Part shown: positions 1 to 10,672 of the stretch, one piece after another
Position numbering within the stretch: the stretch's first letter is position 1
How the letters are laid out: each line of letters opens with the position of its first letter
Assembly (NCBI GenBank): GCA_965238075.1
Contig: OZ250173.1
Coordinates: 1,888,001 to 1,952,000 of the forward strand
Length of the DNA: 64,000 nucleotides
Direction of reading: 5' to 3'
Source: Candidatus Entotheonellaceae bacterium
GTDB lineage: Bacteria; Tectomicrobia; Entotheonellia; Entotheonellales; Entotheonellaceae
Notes under the pieces: generated by a model
Databases searched by the model: none
What the model was told of the DNA's origin: nothing
The model's input: the letters and a program-made list of their open reading frames with translations, nothing else
Position numbers and translations under genes: made by a program

Positions 1-688
1 CGCGGTCTTTACGGAAGACTAAATGGTTAGGCAGAACCGCGATTTCTATCTTTTCGGACTCGCCATCGGCGGAGAAGCGGCTGACTTCCTCAAGCGCTTT
101 GCGGGGAACGATGACCTGTAAGGTCTTGTCCAGGCCCATCGCTTGTTTGACGTGTGCCAGTCGATGACCATCCGTAGCCACCATGGTCATATTACCGTTT
201 TCGCAGGTCATCAACACGCCGCTGAGCGTATAGCGTGTTTCGTCATGCGAAGTCGCGAAAACCGTATGGCGAATCATATCGTCAAAGACGTTGCTATCGA
301 TCTCGGTGAACTCGGCTTCGTCGATTGGAGGCAGAGCAGGATATTCCTCCGCCGGTAAGCAGGGAACCTTGAACTTGGATACGCCTGAAGTCAGATGTGC
401 CCAGCCTTCGCTGCTAACCGCTAGATTGACAGGCTCGCCGGCTGGCAGTTCGCGCAGGATGTCATAGGTCTTGCGAGCTGGGAGTGTCGTCGTTCCGGGT
501 TGGTTCACCGTTGTATCCAAGTAGCCCTTGTAGCCCAGTTCGAGGTCGGTGGCATGAATCACGGTTTCATTGCTGATCGCGGTCAACAGAAAATGGGACA
601 GGATGGGTAGGGTGTTCTTCCGCTCGACAATGCCCTGTATCTTCTGCAAACCCTTCAGGAAAATATCTTGGCTGATGGTGAGGTTCAT
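1..688 (-). CDS. dnaN: DNA polymerase III beta clamp (3' part outside the window)
   Basis: Manual translation from ATG at 688: MNLTISQDIFLKGLQKIQGIVERKNTLPILSHFLL...ATDLE; position downstream of dnaA. Confidence 0.95.
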   Translation of the reverse strand, partial: MNLTISQDIFLKGLQKIQGIVERKNTLPILSHFLLTAISNETVIHATDLELGYKGYLDTTVNQPGTTTLPARKTYDILRELPAGEPVNLAVSSEGWAHLTSGVSKFKVPCLPAEEYPALPPIDEAEFTEIDSNVFDDMIRHTVFATSHDETRYTLSGVLMTCENGNMTMVATDGHRLAHVKQAMGLDKTLQVIVPRKALEEVSRFSADGESEKIEIAVLPNHLVFRKDR

Positions 689-705
689 GATTTGTTTTTC
701 TCCTG

Positions 706-879
706 CCTCTTAAAATTAAATAGTAGTAAACTTAAATCCGATGAATATGTGAAGAAAGGTCCCAACCCTTTCTTGATACGGCGTTTTCCTTGTGAGTAAA
801 TTTTCCCCTGTGGATAAATTCTTATCCACACACCCGATGCGCCTGCGCTTGTGGAAAACTGATATTCGTGATTTCCACA
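706..879. promoter_or_regulatory. oriC: DnaA boxes and AT-rich unwinding region
   Basis: Perfect boxes TGTGGATAA 809-817 and TTATCCACA 822-830; near-boxes 748-756, 850-858, 871-879; TAGTAGTAA trios at 721-729 next to an AT-rich tract. Confidence 0.85.
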
Positions 880-1880
880 TCTGTATTTGCAAGTGTTTTA
901 CGCAGCACACGAACCGTCCCCGCGAGACCTGCATCGCTGTTTAGCAAATCGCTGATCCTCCGATAAGCATGCTGAACCGTAGCCGTGCTACGACCGCCAA
1001 ATAGCCGGCCGATCTCCGGTAATGGTACATCGGTCAGTTCCTGGCACAGGTACATAGCAATTTGCCGCGGTATGAGGACAGCGTGGTCGCGATGTTTAGC
1101 CTTGATCTCCGATACCTTCACGCCAAAATAGCTGGCAACAGTTTGTTGGATGACCGAAATCTGGTGCTGATTCGTTGTGTGCGTCTGGCGTAACATGTCG
1201 CTGATGAGTCCATCATCAATGGAGCTGTCGTGCAACGAGGCATACGTTGCCAAGCGGGTCAGGCTGTTCTCCAGTTCTCGAATGTTCATCTGTGAATTCG
1301 ATGCGATGCGACTCGCTACGCTGTCGGGCAATGAGATATGGTAAGCGGCAGCTTTCTGGCGGAGGATGGCCAAGCGTGTTTCCAGTTCCGGAGGCTGAAT
1401 CTCGACGATGACCCCGCAACTCAACCGCGACTGTAGGCGCAAATCAAGGGATGTGATGTCCTGAGGTGTGGTCGTGCTCGCCATGACGATCTGTTTGCCG
1501 GTATTCAGCAGAACATCGAGGGTATGCAGCAGCGTTTGCTGCGTGTAGCTCTTACCGGCGATGTCCTGGATGTCGTCTACAAGCAGGATGTCCGTCTTCA
1601 GATACTGGCTACGCAGCGTCTCGATACGGCCATTTTGCAAAGCGTTGTGTAGTTTGTGGCTGAGGCTGTCAGGTGTCAGATAGGTGGTCTGCCAAGCGGG
1701 TTTACTTTCACTGAGGTGGTGGCCGATGGCAAGCAGCAAATGGGTTTTGCCCAAGCTGTCTCCCGCCCGAATAAGCAACGGATTATATGCGGCGGCAGGG
1801 TCGTTGGCGACGGCCAGGGCGGCTTGGTATGCGAGTCGGTTGGAGGGGCCGACTATGAAGTTGATGAATGTATGATTCAT
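822..1880 (-). CDS. dnaA: DnaA-family initiator lacking domains I/II
   Basis: TFINFIVGPSNRLAY, GKTHLL, LLVDDIQ, RLQSRL, NIRELE, PRQIAMYL; homology begins at domain III; between rpmH and dnaN; start codon uncertain (frame open to 2024). Confidence 0.85.
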   Translation of the reverse strand: MNHTFINFIVGPSNRLAYQAALAVANDPAAAYNPLLIRAGDSLGKTHLLLAIGHHLSESKPAWQTTYLTPDSLSHKLHNALQNGRIETLRSQYLKTDILLVDDIQDIAGKSYTQQTLLHTLDVLLNTGKQIVMASTTTPQDITSLDLRLQSRLSCGVIVEIQPPELETRLAILRQKAAAYHISLPDSVASRIASNSQMNIRELENSLTRLATYASLHDSSIDDGLISDMLRQTHTTNQHQISVIQQTVASYFGVKVSEIKAKHRDHAVLIPRQIAMYLCQELTDVPLPEIGRLFGGRSTATVQHAYRRISDLLNSDAGLAGTVRVLRKTLANTDVEITNISFPQAQAHRVCG

Positions 1881-2095
1881 GATGTCAGGGAGGATTGTGG
1901 TGACTGAAGGGAAGGTAGCATCAGGACAGTAGAAATTCACATTTTGCACAGGCCGAATACTAGCAAATTTATCGTTCTCTGACAAAGTCTTATTGCATCT
2001 TCTCAGGCGTTTCTTGACACCCACTTAGCGTGGGTGATACCCTCTGCCTTCTCAAACCACATATTTCCATTTTCATACAGGTTACTCCAAAACCC

Positions 2096-2248
2096 ATGAA
2101 ACGGACCTATCAACCGAAGAGGGTGAAGAGGCTGCGGAAGCACGGCTTCCGTGCCCGGATGGCGACCAAGGAGGGTCGTCGCGTGCTACGGAGGCGGCGC
2201 CTCAAAGGCCGGTGGCGTTTGGCCGTCACGGCTAGTCGCAACGATTGA
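2096..2248 (+). CDS. rpmH: 50S ribosomal protein L34
   Basis: [28 protein letters not shown]. Confidence 0.98.
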   Translation: MKRTYQPKRVKRLRKHGFRARMATKEGRRVLRRRRLKGRWRLAVTASRND

Positions 2249-2261
2249 TGGAAGACGGCGT

Positions 2262-2621
2262 ATGGGTGACCAGCGCCTGCAATCCGTGGAACGTTTGCGG
2301 TGTCCGAGGGCCTATCGGCGGGTTTTCCAACAGGGGAAGAAGCTGTTAAGCCCTCTCTTTGTCTTCTACATCTTGCCTACCTCGCAACCCCACTCACGTT
2401 TGGGTTTGGCCGTGTCGAAACGCATTGGCTCGGCGGTGGTGCGTAATCGTGTCAAACGCCGTCTGCGCGAGGTGTTTCGCCGTCACAAGAACCTGTTGAA
2501 CCCGCACAGTGACGTCGTTGTCGTAGCTCGCAGTGCAGCGGCCAATGCGCCGGCTAGCGTCTACACGGAACAGTTTTGCGGGTTGTTGCGCGGTCGCCAG
2601 AGCGGGAGGCAAGAAGCCTGA
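2262..2621 (+). CDS. rnpA: RNase P protein component
   Basis: RLGLAVSKRIGSAVVRNRVKRRLRE motif; synteny. Confidence 0.96.
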   Translation: MGDQRLQSVERLRCPRAYRRVFQQGKKLLSPLFVFYILPTSQPHSRLGLAVSKRIGSAVVRNRVKRRLREVFRRHKNLLNPHSDVVVVARSAAANAPASVYTEQFCGLLRGRQSGRQEA

Positions 2622-2628
2622 GTTCGTG

Positions 2629-2865
2629 ATGACTAAATTGTTGATCGTTCTCATCCGGGTATACCAAAAGGCCCTGTCGCCTCTCTTTCCCCCGTCTTGC
2701 CGTTTTTATCCCAGTTGTTCCGAGTATGTCGTTCAGGCGCTGCACGCGTATGGCTTGTGGCGCGGCCTGTTGAAAGGCGCTTGGCGCGTGCTGCGGTGCC
2801 AACCCCTGTCGCGCGGCGGCGTTGATTTTCCCATCCCTGGTGGGAATCGTGTCATAGGACGTTAG
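2629..2865 (+). CDS. yidD: Membrane protein insertion efficiency factor
   Basis: CRFYPSCSEY...RVLRCQP motif; synteny. Confidence 0.95.
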   Translation: MTKLLIVLIRVYQKALSPLFPPSCRFYPSCSEYVVQALHAYGLWRGLLKGAWRVLRCQPLSRGGVDFPIPGGNRVIGR

Positions 2866-2866
2866 C

Positions 2867-4558
2867 ATGGAAAAACGAGCCATTCTGGCCATCGTAATGT
2901 CCTTGGTCGTGGTCGTTGCGTGGTCGCTTTTGTTTGCGCCTTCGACGCCGCCCCCAACGGAATTTGACGAGACCGTTCCGCCCAGTGCCCTTTCGCCCGA
3001 TACGCAGCTACCGCCGGGATCCATCCGCATTGCGGAACAGGAAACCCCGTCCGCTCCCGGCGAAGCCGTGAAGCGGACTGATTCTGATATTCAGGAGCGA
3101 CTCATCCAGATTGATACCGGTGTGGCGCTCGTCACCCTGACGAGCCGCGGCGCCGGGGTGCAGACGGTGCAGTTTCGCAATTACCACACGGGTCTTGACG
3201 ACGACGCGACGCCCATTGAGATTACCCCGGTGCGTGGTGCATCAACGGTGCCGCTGGCGGCCAACGTTGTGATGGACGGCACCCTGGCGATCCCGCTGGG
3301 CCGCCAGATCTTCGCGAGCGACAGTGAGGACGTGGTACTGTCCGACTACCGTACGGACGCCGAGGTCAGCTTTCATACCACTCTGGAAAACGGCGTCACC
3401 GTGCACCGTAATTATCGATTTACCCTCGGTCGATACGACTTTGAGGTAGGCACCTCGGTGCAGGGCTTGCCACCACGTGCCAGGAATGCCTTGCATCTGC
3501 AATGGGGACCCGGGCTTCTCGACCCCGGCGATGACGAGGTGCGCCGCGGCCAGACGGCCGCCCTGCCCCGGAGTTACGTGAGCGGCAAAATCTTCGACGC
3601 GGTCCCGGATGAAGACGGCGCCCCCGTCGTTGAGCAGGGATCGGTCTCGTGGGCTTCCCTCGGTGACACCTACTTTACCGCCGTCCTCATTCCCCGCGAG
3701 CCGCAAGCCGACGCCGTCATCGTCAGCAGTAGCCGGGAGGGGGCGCTGACTGTTGCCGTCCGTACCCCCCTGCACCCCGACAGGCCTCAGCAAATCGTGC
3801 AGGTGTATGTCGGGCCCAAGGAGAAGCCTCTACTGGAGGCCGTTGAGCCCTCGCTCGGCAAGGTCATTGATCTTGGCTTTTTCTCCCCCATGGCCCGGCC
3901 CATGCTGCAGCTTCTGCGTTTGGTCAACCGCTGGGTTCACAACTACGGCGTGTCTATCATTCTCGTCACGATCCTCATTAAAATCATCTTCTGGCCGCTG
4001 ACCCACAAAAGCTACAAGTCCATGAAGGCGATGCAGAAATTGCAACCTAGAATGAAGGAGTTACAGGCGCTTTACAAAGACGACAAGCAGGGTCTCAATC
4101 GCGCCACGATGCAGCTCTACCGCGACCAGAAGGTCAACCCGATGGGCGGCTGCCTGCCGATGATCCTGCAAATTCCCTTCTTCTTCGCTTTTTATAATGC
4201 CCTCCTGTATTCCATTGAATTGCGCCATGCCCCGTTTATTTGTTGGGAAAACGAAGTCCTTTGGGGCTTCCGCGGCATCTGCGACCTGTCGGTGTATGAC
4301 CCGTCGTACATCACCCCCGTGCTGATGGGCGCCACCATGTTCTGGCAGCAGAGCATGACACCCACCGTGGGCGACCCGACGCAGGCCAAGATCATGAAGT
4401 TCATGCCGCTGATGTTTCTGTTCTTTTTCCTGAACGCGCCGGCCGGTTTGGTGGTGTATTGGCTGTTCAACAACATGCTCAGTGTCGTGCAGCAGATGTT
4501 GACGAATCGTACCCGCGGGCTGGAAAAGACCAGCGCCGGGACCGTGAGCAAACGCTAG
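2867..4558 (+). CDS. yidC: Membrane protein insertase
   Basis: NYGVSIILVTILIK, NPMGGCLPMILQIP, PAGLVVYW. Confidence 0.97.
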   Translation: MEKRAILAIVMSLVVVVAWSLLFAPSTPPPTEFDETVPPSALSPDTQLPPGSIRIAEQETPSAPGEAVKRTDSDIQERLIQIDTGVALVTLTSRGAGVQTVQFRNYHTGLDDDATPIEITPVRGASTVPLAANVVMDGTLAIPLGRQIFASDSEDVVLSDYRTDAEVSFHTTLENGVTVHRNYRFTLGRYDFEVGTSVQGLPPRARNALHLQWGPGLLDPGDDEVRRGQTAALPRSYVSGKIFDAVPDEDGAPVVEQGSVSWASLGDTYFTAVLIPREPQADAVIVSSSREGALTVAVRTPLHPDRPQQIVQVYVGPKEKPLLEAVEPSLGKVIDLGFFSPMARPMLQLLRLVNRWVHNYGVSIILVTILIKIIFWPLTHKSYKSMKAMQKLQPRMKELQALYKDDKQGLNRATMQLYRDQKVNPMGGCLPMILQIPFFFAFYNALLYSIELRHAPFICWENEVLWGFRGICDLSVYDPSYITPVLMGATMFWQQSMTPTVGDPTQAKIMKFMPLMFLFFFLNAPAGLVVYWLFNNMLSVVQQMLTNRTRGLEKTSAGTVSKR

Positions 4559-4571
4559 GCGAGGCGGAGGC

Positions 4572-5960
4572 GTGGAAGCGTCCCGGCACGACACGATCGC
4601 CGCCATTGCTACGCCGTTAGGCGTGGGCGGGATCGGCGTGGTGCGCGTCAGTGGACCGGTCGCCGTCGCCGTGGCGCAGCGAGTATTCGTGCGGCCCAGC
4701 GGTTTGCCGCTGACACGTCTGCAATCGCACCGCGTCTATCATGGGTTCGTGGTTGATGAACAAGGTGAGCGGATCGACGAAGCGTTGCTCTGCGTCATGC
4801 GGCAGCCGCATTCCTACACGCGCGAGGACGTGGTGGAGATCAGTTGCCACGGTGGCGTGATGACCACGCAGCGCGTTCTGGAAACGGTTTTGGCGCCGGG
4901 CGTGCGGGTGGCCGAACCCGGCGAGTTTACGCGGCGGGCGTTCCTCAACGGGCGCCTCGACCTCACCCAGGCCGAGGCGGTCATCGACCTGATCAACGCC
5001 CGCACCCAGGCGAGCCATCGTGCCGCCATCAATCAACTCGACGGCGCCCTGTCCCGCCATCTCCGGGCGCTACGCGAGGAATTGATACAGGTCAGCGTCT
5101 ACCTGGAGGCGGGGATCGATTTTCCCGAAGAAGACTTGCAATTGGTCTCCGAGGCGGTCCTCTGCGAGCGATTACAGGCGGTGGCAACTCAGCTGGAAGC
5201 TCTCAGCGCCTCGTTTGCGCGTGGCCGCTTGCTGCGCGACGGCATGGCCGTCGCCGTCGTTGGCCGTCCCAACGTGGGAAAATCCAGCCTCCTGAACGCC
5301 CTGTTAGGTCGCGACCGCGCTATCGTGTCACCGCAGCCGGGCACAACGCGCGACACCATTGAAGAGGAATTGAGCATCGACGGCGTGCTGGTGCGCCTGA
5401 CGGACACCGCCGGCCTTCACACCGCGGCGGATTTGATCGAGCAGGAAGGCATGCGCCGGGCTCGCACCGTGGTTGAGCGTGCCGAATTGTTGATCGTCGT
5501 ACTCGACGGCAGCGTCACGCTGACCGCGGACGACCTTCTGGTGCTGGCCGAGACAGCGGAAGTACCGCGCCTGCTGGTACGCAACAAATGTGATCTGCCC
5601 ATGTCTTGGCCCGTCGCTGACTTGGCATTGTCGGGCGCGTTGGATCCCGTGCTTGACGTCTCGGCCTTGCGGCAACATGGCCTGCACGAACTTGAGCAGG
5701 CCATTGTGCGCCAAGCGCTGGGCAACGAGCCGCTGAGTCAGGATGAGGTGCTTCTGACCCGCGTCCGGCACCATCAGCGCATCATAAGCGCCCTGGAGAA
5801 CGTCCGCACGGCGCGGCACGGCCTGCAACACGAGATGCCGCTTGAGTGCGTGGCGCTCGACGTCGGCGAGGCGCTGCAGCACATCGCCGACGTGCTCGGG
5901 GAGAGCGTCGCGGGCGAGGTGCTGGACCGCATTTTCCATCAATTCTGCGTGGGCAAATGA
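4572..5960 (+). CDS. mnmE: tRNA modification GTPase
   Basis: DTIAAIATP, GRPNVGKSSLLN, DTAG, C-terminal FCVGK. Confidence 0.97.
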   Translation: MEASRHDTIAAIATPLGVGGIGVVRVSGPVAVAVAQRVFVRPSGLPLTRLQSHRVYHGFVVDEQGERIDEALLCVMRQPHSYTREDVVEISCHGGVMTTQRVLETVLAPGVRVAEPGEFTRRAFLNGRLDLTQAEAVIDLINARTQASHRAAINQLDGALSRHLRALREELIQVSVYLEAGIDFPEEDLQLVSEAVLCERLQAVATQLEALSASFARGRLLRDGMAVAVVGRPNVGKSSLLNALLGRDRAIVSPQPGTTRDTIEEELSIDGVLVRLTDTAGLHTAADLIEQEGMRRARTVVERAELLIVVLDGSVTLTADDLLVLAETAEVPRLLVRNKCDLPMSWPVADLALSGALDPVLDVSALRQHGLHELEQAIVRQALGNEPLSQDEVLLTRVRHHQRIISALENVRTARHGLQHEMPLECVALDVGEALQHIADVLGESVAGEVLDRIFHQFCVGK

Positions 5961-5980
5961 CCCTTGTTGAGGAGTAGGCC

Positions 5981-7909
5981 ATGCCTGTGGCATCAACAAC
6001 CCGTAGGTATGACGTGATCGTGGTGGGAGCCGGGCACGCCGGCTGCGAGGCTGCCCTGGCCGCGGCGCGCATGGGCTGCCGCACCGCCGTTTTTACCACC
6101 AACCTGGACAGCATCGCCCTGATGCCCTGCAACCCCGCCATCGGTGGCATCGCCAAAGGCCACTTGGTGCGCGAGATCGACGCCATGGGCGGCGAAATGG
6201 CCCGCTGCATCGACAAGACGGGCATCCAGTTTCGCGTTTTGAACCGCAGCAAGGGGCCTGCCGTGCGCGGCTACCGCGCTCAGGCCGACAAGCTGGGTTA
6301 CCGCCTGGAGATGAAAGCGCGGCTGGAGGCGCAAGACGGCCTGGACATCAAGCAGGCGCTGATCGAGCGCTTACTGGTCGAAGGCGACCGTGTCTGCGGC
6401 GTCGTCACCCAAATGGGCGAGACGTATCAGGCCCGAGCCATCGTGGTCAGCACCGGCACCTTTCTCGGCGGCGTCATTCACGTCGGCCTCAGGCAGTTTC
6501 CGGCCGGTCGCGCCGGGGAATTTCCGGCCAACGGGCTGTCGCAGGACTACGCCGACCACGGCTTTCCGCTGGGTCGCCTCAAAACCGGTACCTGCCCGCG
6601 CCTCAATGCCCGCACCATCGACTTTGACAGCCTGGAGGTGCAACCCGCCGACGACCCGCCGCCGCCGTTCTCATTCGACACCGAGGCGATTACCCAATCC
6701 CAATTGCCCTGCTATCTGACTTACACTAATGACCGCACGCACGACGTCATCCGGCAGAATCTCGACCGCTCGCCGCTGTACAGCGGCGTGATCATGGGTG
6801 TTGGGCCACGCTACTGCCCGTCGATCGAAGACAAGGTCAAACGCTTTCCCGACAAGACGCGGCACCAAATTTTCCTCGAACCCGAGGGCCGCGACACGGT
6901 GGAAATCTACCCGAACGGTATTTCCACCAGCCTGCCCGAAGATGTTCAGGTCGCCATGGTGCGCACGATTCGTGGGTTGGAAGAGGCCGAAGTCATGCGC
7001 CCGGGCTATGCGGTGGAGTACGACTTCGTGCCGCCCACCGAGCTGCGCCCGACCCTGGAAACCAAGCGTCTCGCCGGCCTCTACCACGCCGGGCAGATCA
7101 ACGGCACTACCGGCTACGAAGAGGCCGCGGCGCAGGGCCTGATGGCCGGCATCAACGCGGCGCTCCAGGTACGCGGGCGACCGCCGCTGGTCATCAAGCG
7201 CACCGAGGGATACGTCGGCGTCCTCATTGACGACCTGGTGACGCTGGGCACCAGCGAGCCCTACCGCATGTTTACCTCGCGCTCGGAGTACCGCCTCATC
7301 CTGCGGCAGGACAACGCCGATCTGCGGCTGCGCGACAAGGGCTATGCGGTGGGTTTGGTGCCCGAGGATACTTACCGACGCTTCTGCGACAAACGCCAGC
7401 ACATCGAAGCGGAGATTGGCCGGCTCGCCGCCTGCCGCGTGATGCCCCATGCCGGGGTCAACGACTTGCTGACGCGGCGCGGCACCGACGCGCTCAGCCA
7501 GCCGGCCTTGGCGTCGGAGTTGCTCAGGCGGCCGCAATTGACCTATACCGACGTGCTGCAACTGATGGGCGAGGCGCCCGAACTCGGCCCGGATGTGATC
7601 GAGCAGGTCGAGATCCACCTGAAGTACGAGGGCTACATTCGGCGGCAGCTCGAACAAGTCGCGCGCGTCGCGCAGCTCGAAGACATGCCGCTGCCGACCG
7701 ATTTCGATTACTGCCAAGTGCCCGGCCTGTCGCTTGAGATTCAGGAAAAGCTGCTGCACATCCGTCCGGCCTCGCTGGGACAAGCCGGGCGTATTTCCGG
7801 CGTCACGCCCGCCGCGGTGGCCATCCTCATGGTCTATTTTCAGAAGCACCGCACCTCGCATGCCCACCACCGATCAACGCCTCAGGAAGCGCCTCTGCCA
7901 GCAGTGTGA
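5981..7909 (+). CDS. mnmG: tRNA uridine 5-carboxymethylaminomethyl modification enzyme
   Basis: [37 protein letters not shown]. Confidence 0.98.
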   Translation: MPVASTTRRYDVIVVGAGHAGCEAALAAARMGCRTAVFTTNLDSIALMPCNPAIGGIAKGHLVREIDAMGGEMARCIDKTGIQFRVLNRSKGPAVRGYRAQADKLGYRLEMKARLEAQDGLDIKQALIERLLVEGDRVCGVVTQMGETYQARAIVVSTGTFLGGVIHVGLRQFPAGRAGEFPANGLSQDYADHGFPLGRLKTGTCPRLNARTIDFDSLEVQPADDPPPPFSFDTEAITQSQLPCYLTYTNDRTHDVIRQNLDRSPLYSGVIMGVGPRYCPSIEDKVKRFPDKTRHQIFLEPEGRDTVEIYPNGISTSLPEDVQVAMVRTIRGLEEAEVMRPGYAVEYDFVPPTELRPTLETKRLAGLYHAGQINGTTGYEEAAAQGLMAGINAALQVRGRPPLVIKRTEGYVGVLIDDLVTLGTSEPYRMFTSRSEYRLILRQDNADLRLRDKGYAVGLVPEDTYRRFCDKRQHIEAEIGRLAACRVMPHAGVNDLLTRRGTDALSQPALASELLRRPQLTYTDVLQLMGEAPELGPDVIEQVEIHLKYEGYIRRQLEQVARVAQLEDMPLPTDFDYCQVPGLSLEIQEKLLHIRPASLGQAGRISGVTPAAVAILMVYFQKHRTSHAHHRSTPQEAPLPAV

Positions 7910-8537
7910 GCGCCGCGGCCTCGACCTTTCCGCGGGCCAGGTTGACGCTTTGATGCGCTACCTGGAGCTTGTGTTGCAGGCGCGCCCGCACCTCAACCTC
8001 ACCGGCCTGCGCGACCCCGAACGCATCCTCGATGTGCTTATCATTGAGTCGCTCGATTTCTGCCGCCCCGATTTGATCCCCACCGCCGGGCGCGTTCTCG
8101 ACCTCGGCACCGGCGCCGGCGTGCCGGGCATGACGCTGGCCGTCTGGGGCGGCGCCCTTCATGTCACCCTCCTCGACCGCACCCGCAAGAAAATCGCCTT
8201 CGTGCGCCACGCTGCCTTGGCCCTGGGACTGCACAATTGCCACCCCGCCTGGGGTTCCGCTGAAGAACTATCCCGCCGCACGCCTCCCGACGAACGTTTC
8301 GATGCCGTCGTGGCGCGCGGCGTTGGTTCCATCGCCCACCTCATGCGACTCACCCTGCCCTTATTGCGCCCGCATGGAAAACTCCTGCTGCGCAAGCCGC
8401 CAGATAGTCCCGAGCACTGGGAAGCCGAGGCGCTTCTGGCTTCTCCCGCCTGGGCCGGCATGCGGACGTTCCCGCTGCCCGAGAACGGCGCCACGGCGTG
8501 GGTTCTGCTAGCCATTGAGCGTAGCGTCGCCGCTTGA
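7860..8537 (+). CDS. rsmG: 16S rRNA m7G527 methyltransferase
   Basis: [24 protein letters not shown]; follows mnmG. Confidence 0.92.
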   Translation: MPTTDQRLRKRLCQQCERRGLDLSAGQVDALMRYLELVLQARPHLNLTGLRDPERILDVLIIESLDFCRPDLIPTAGRVLDLGTGAGVPGMTLAVWGGALHVTLLDRTRKKIAFVRHAALALGLHNCHPAWGSAEELSRRTPPDERFDAVVARGVGSIAHLMRLTLPLLRPHGKLLLRKPPDSPEHWEAEALLASPAWAGMRTFPLPENGATAWVLLAIERSVAA

Positions 8538-8589
8538 CGCGACCTCGAATCTCCCTTTTGATGTCACAAAGGACCGCTTCTTTGTAGAT

Positions 8590-9108
8590 CTACAAAGAAC
8601 GATAAGGACGGTACGCTTCGTGTCCCGGGGCACGCAATTCGTCCCCGAGTTGGTTATAGGTGTAGTGGTACGGAGGCCCGTCGGCCTCAACCTCCACCCC
8701 CAATATCATCGGTATCCTCAACCTCTTGGCCTTTTCTTCATAAGGCAGAGATCCTTTGGCCGGGTCTATTATCCTGTCCCTTCTGTCGTACACAAAAAGG
8801 ACCGGTATCGGGGGATCAAGCCCCACCAATTCCTCCAGGTGGTCAAAAGGATCGTATTGACCCGGATGGTGTTTATATTTTCCGTAGAGTGGTGGTGCGG
8901 ACAAACCAACCGTCGCCACCAGGTGTTGCAATGGTGGGTGTTGGTAGATACTGGCCGCCACCAAGGACCCGCCACTGTGGCCATAGAGGTTAAAGAGTTC
9001 AAGAACTCATCGCTCAGATAGCGAAATAATACTCTCTGAGTCGGGATTTCGCCAGTGTCGGTAGTAGCCATGCGGTCTGTAGACCGCAATCGGATCCTCT
9101 TCCCGTTC
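8590..9108 (-). pseudogene. C-terminal part of an IS-disrupted alpha/beta hydrolase
   Basis: Reading upstream of the 124-aa ORF gives ELFNLYGHSGGSLVAAS (GxSxG elbow); shares 45 bp with the end of 10673..11140. Confidence 0.55.
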
Positions 9109-9113
9109 CCTCT

Positions 9114-10660
9114 TGCCAACTGACTGAGACACCGGGACCCCTCGGTTGAATTACTGTAGGGCGGTGGAGGTGAAAACCGATGACCGCAGAGAGAGACTCG
9201 ATGACATTGAATGAGATTCCCTATCCGTCCCTGGGGGTCGAGGAGCGTAGCGACGAGGCCCCCAGGGACGGCCGAGCCAGAGCGACGCCGGACCCGGAGG
9301 TCGTGGCCAAGCCGAAGCGGCGCCAGTTCACCGCGCAGTATCGGCTGCGGACCCTTGAGGAGGCCGATCGCTGCACACAGCCCGGCGAGGTTGGCCGCCT
9401 GCTTCGCCGCGAGGGGTTGTACAGCTCTCATCTGGCGACTTGGCGCAAGGCGCGGCGCAAGGGCTCGTTGCGGGAGTTGGCCTCGAAGAAGCGCGGCGCG
9501 AAACCGGCCGAACGCAACCCGTTGGATGCGAAGGTGCGCGTGCTCGAAGCGAAAGTGGCTCGCCTGGAACACGAGTTGCACACCGCGCACACGATCCTGG
9601 ACGTGCAGGGAAAAGTTGCCGGGCTGCTGGGATTGAACCTCGAACACGAAACGCGCTCCTGATGGCGGCCCAACCGCTGGCGGAGCAGGTCGGCGTCGTG
9701 CCGGCGTGCCAGGCGCTGGGCGTGTCGCGGGCGACTTTCTACCGTCGTCAGAGGTTAACTCCCGGGCACCAGCAGCCCCGTTCAACGCCCGCCCGGGCGC
9801 TGTGTGACTCCGAGCGCGAGCAGGTCCTCGATGTGCTCGCCTGTCCACGCTTCGTTGACCGTGCGCCGGCGGAGGTTGTGGCGACGCTGCTCGACGAAGG
9901 CCACTACCTGTGCTCGGAGCGTACGATGTATCGGATCCTGGCCACCAACCAGCCGGTCCGAGAAGGCGCAATCAGCGTGAGCATCCCCAGTACGCCAAAC
10001 CCGAACTGGTGGCCACGGCCCCGAACCAGACCTGGTCCTGGGATATCACCAAACTGCTGGGGCCGACGAAGTGGACGTACTTCTACCTCTACGTCGTGCT
10101 CGACATCTTCAGCCGCTACGCGGTCGGCTGGATGGTCGCCGACCGGGAGAACTCGGCGCTGGCCGCTTGTCTCATCGAAGAGACCTGCCACAAACAAGGC
10201 GTCCGGCCCCAGATCCTCACCTTGCACTCCGACCGCGGGGCGCCGATGACGAGCAAGTGCACCGCACAACTGCTCGCCGACCTCGGGGTCACGCGGTCGC
10301 TGAGCCGCCCCCAGGTGTCCGATGACAACCCGTTCTCCGAGGCGCAGTTCAAGACCCTGAAGTATCACCCAGGCTTCCCTGGGCGCTTTCACAACATCAC
10401 CGCCGCCATCGCCTTCTGTCGAACGTTCTTCCCTTGGTACAACACCGAGCATCGACATGGCGGCATTGCCATGCTCACCCCGGGCGACGTCCATCACCAT
10501 CGAACCCAGAGCGTGCTGCACCAGCGCCGGCGGACCCTTCAAGCCGCTTGGACCCGTCATCCCGAACGCTTCGTTCGAGGCATCCCAAAACCAGACCCCC
10601 TGCCCGAAGCGGTCTGGATCAATCCACCCGTGAGATCCACAACAGGAGAAACTGCTCAGT
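9114..10660 (+). mobile_element. IS3-family element (orfA 9180-9662; orfB from 9662, frameshifted near 9960); right IR not found
   Basis: TG-start end TGCCAACTGACTGAGACACC; orfA HTH (LLRREGLYSSHL); orfB WSWDIT...HSDRG...DNPFSEAQFKTLK DDE motif. Confidence 0.9.
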
Positions 10661-10672
10661 TCAATCCCGAAC

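Noticed and set aside
6671-7870. Long antisense ORFs (also 16515-17753, 22130-23371, 28681-29715, 36070-37209, 51928-52890)
   Set aside because: Shadow frames of well-supported GC-rich genes
8769-9971. 400-aa minus-strand ORF
   Set aside because: Chimeric read-through of IS3 antisense and an off-frame part of the hydrolase
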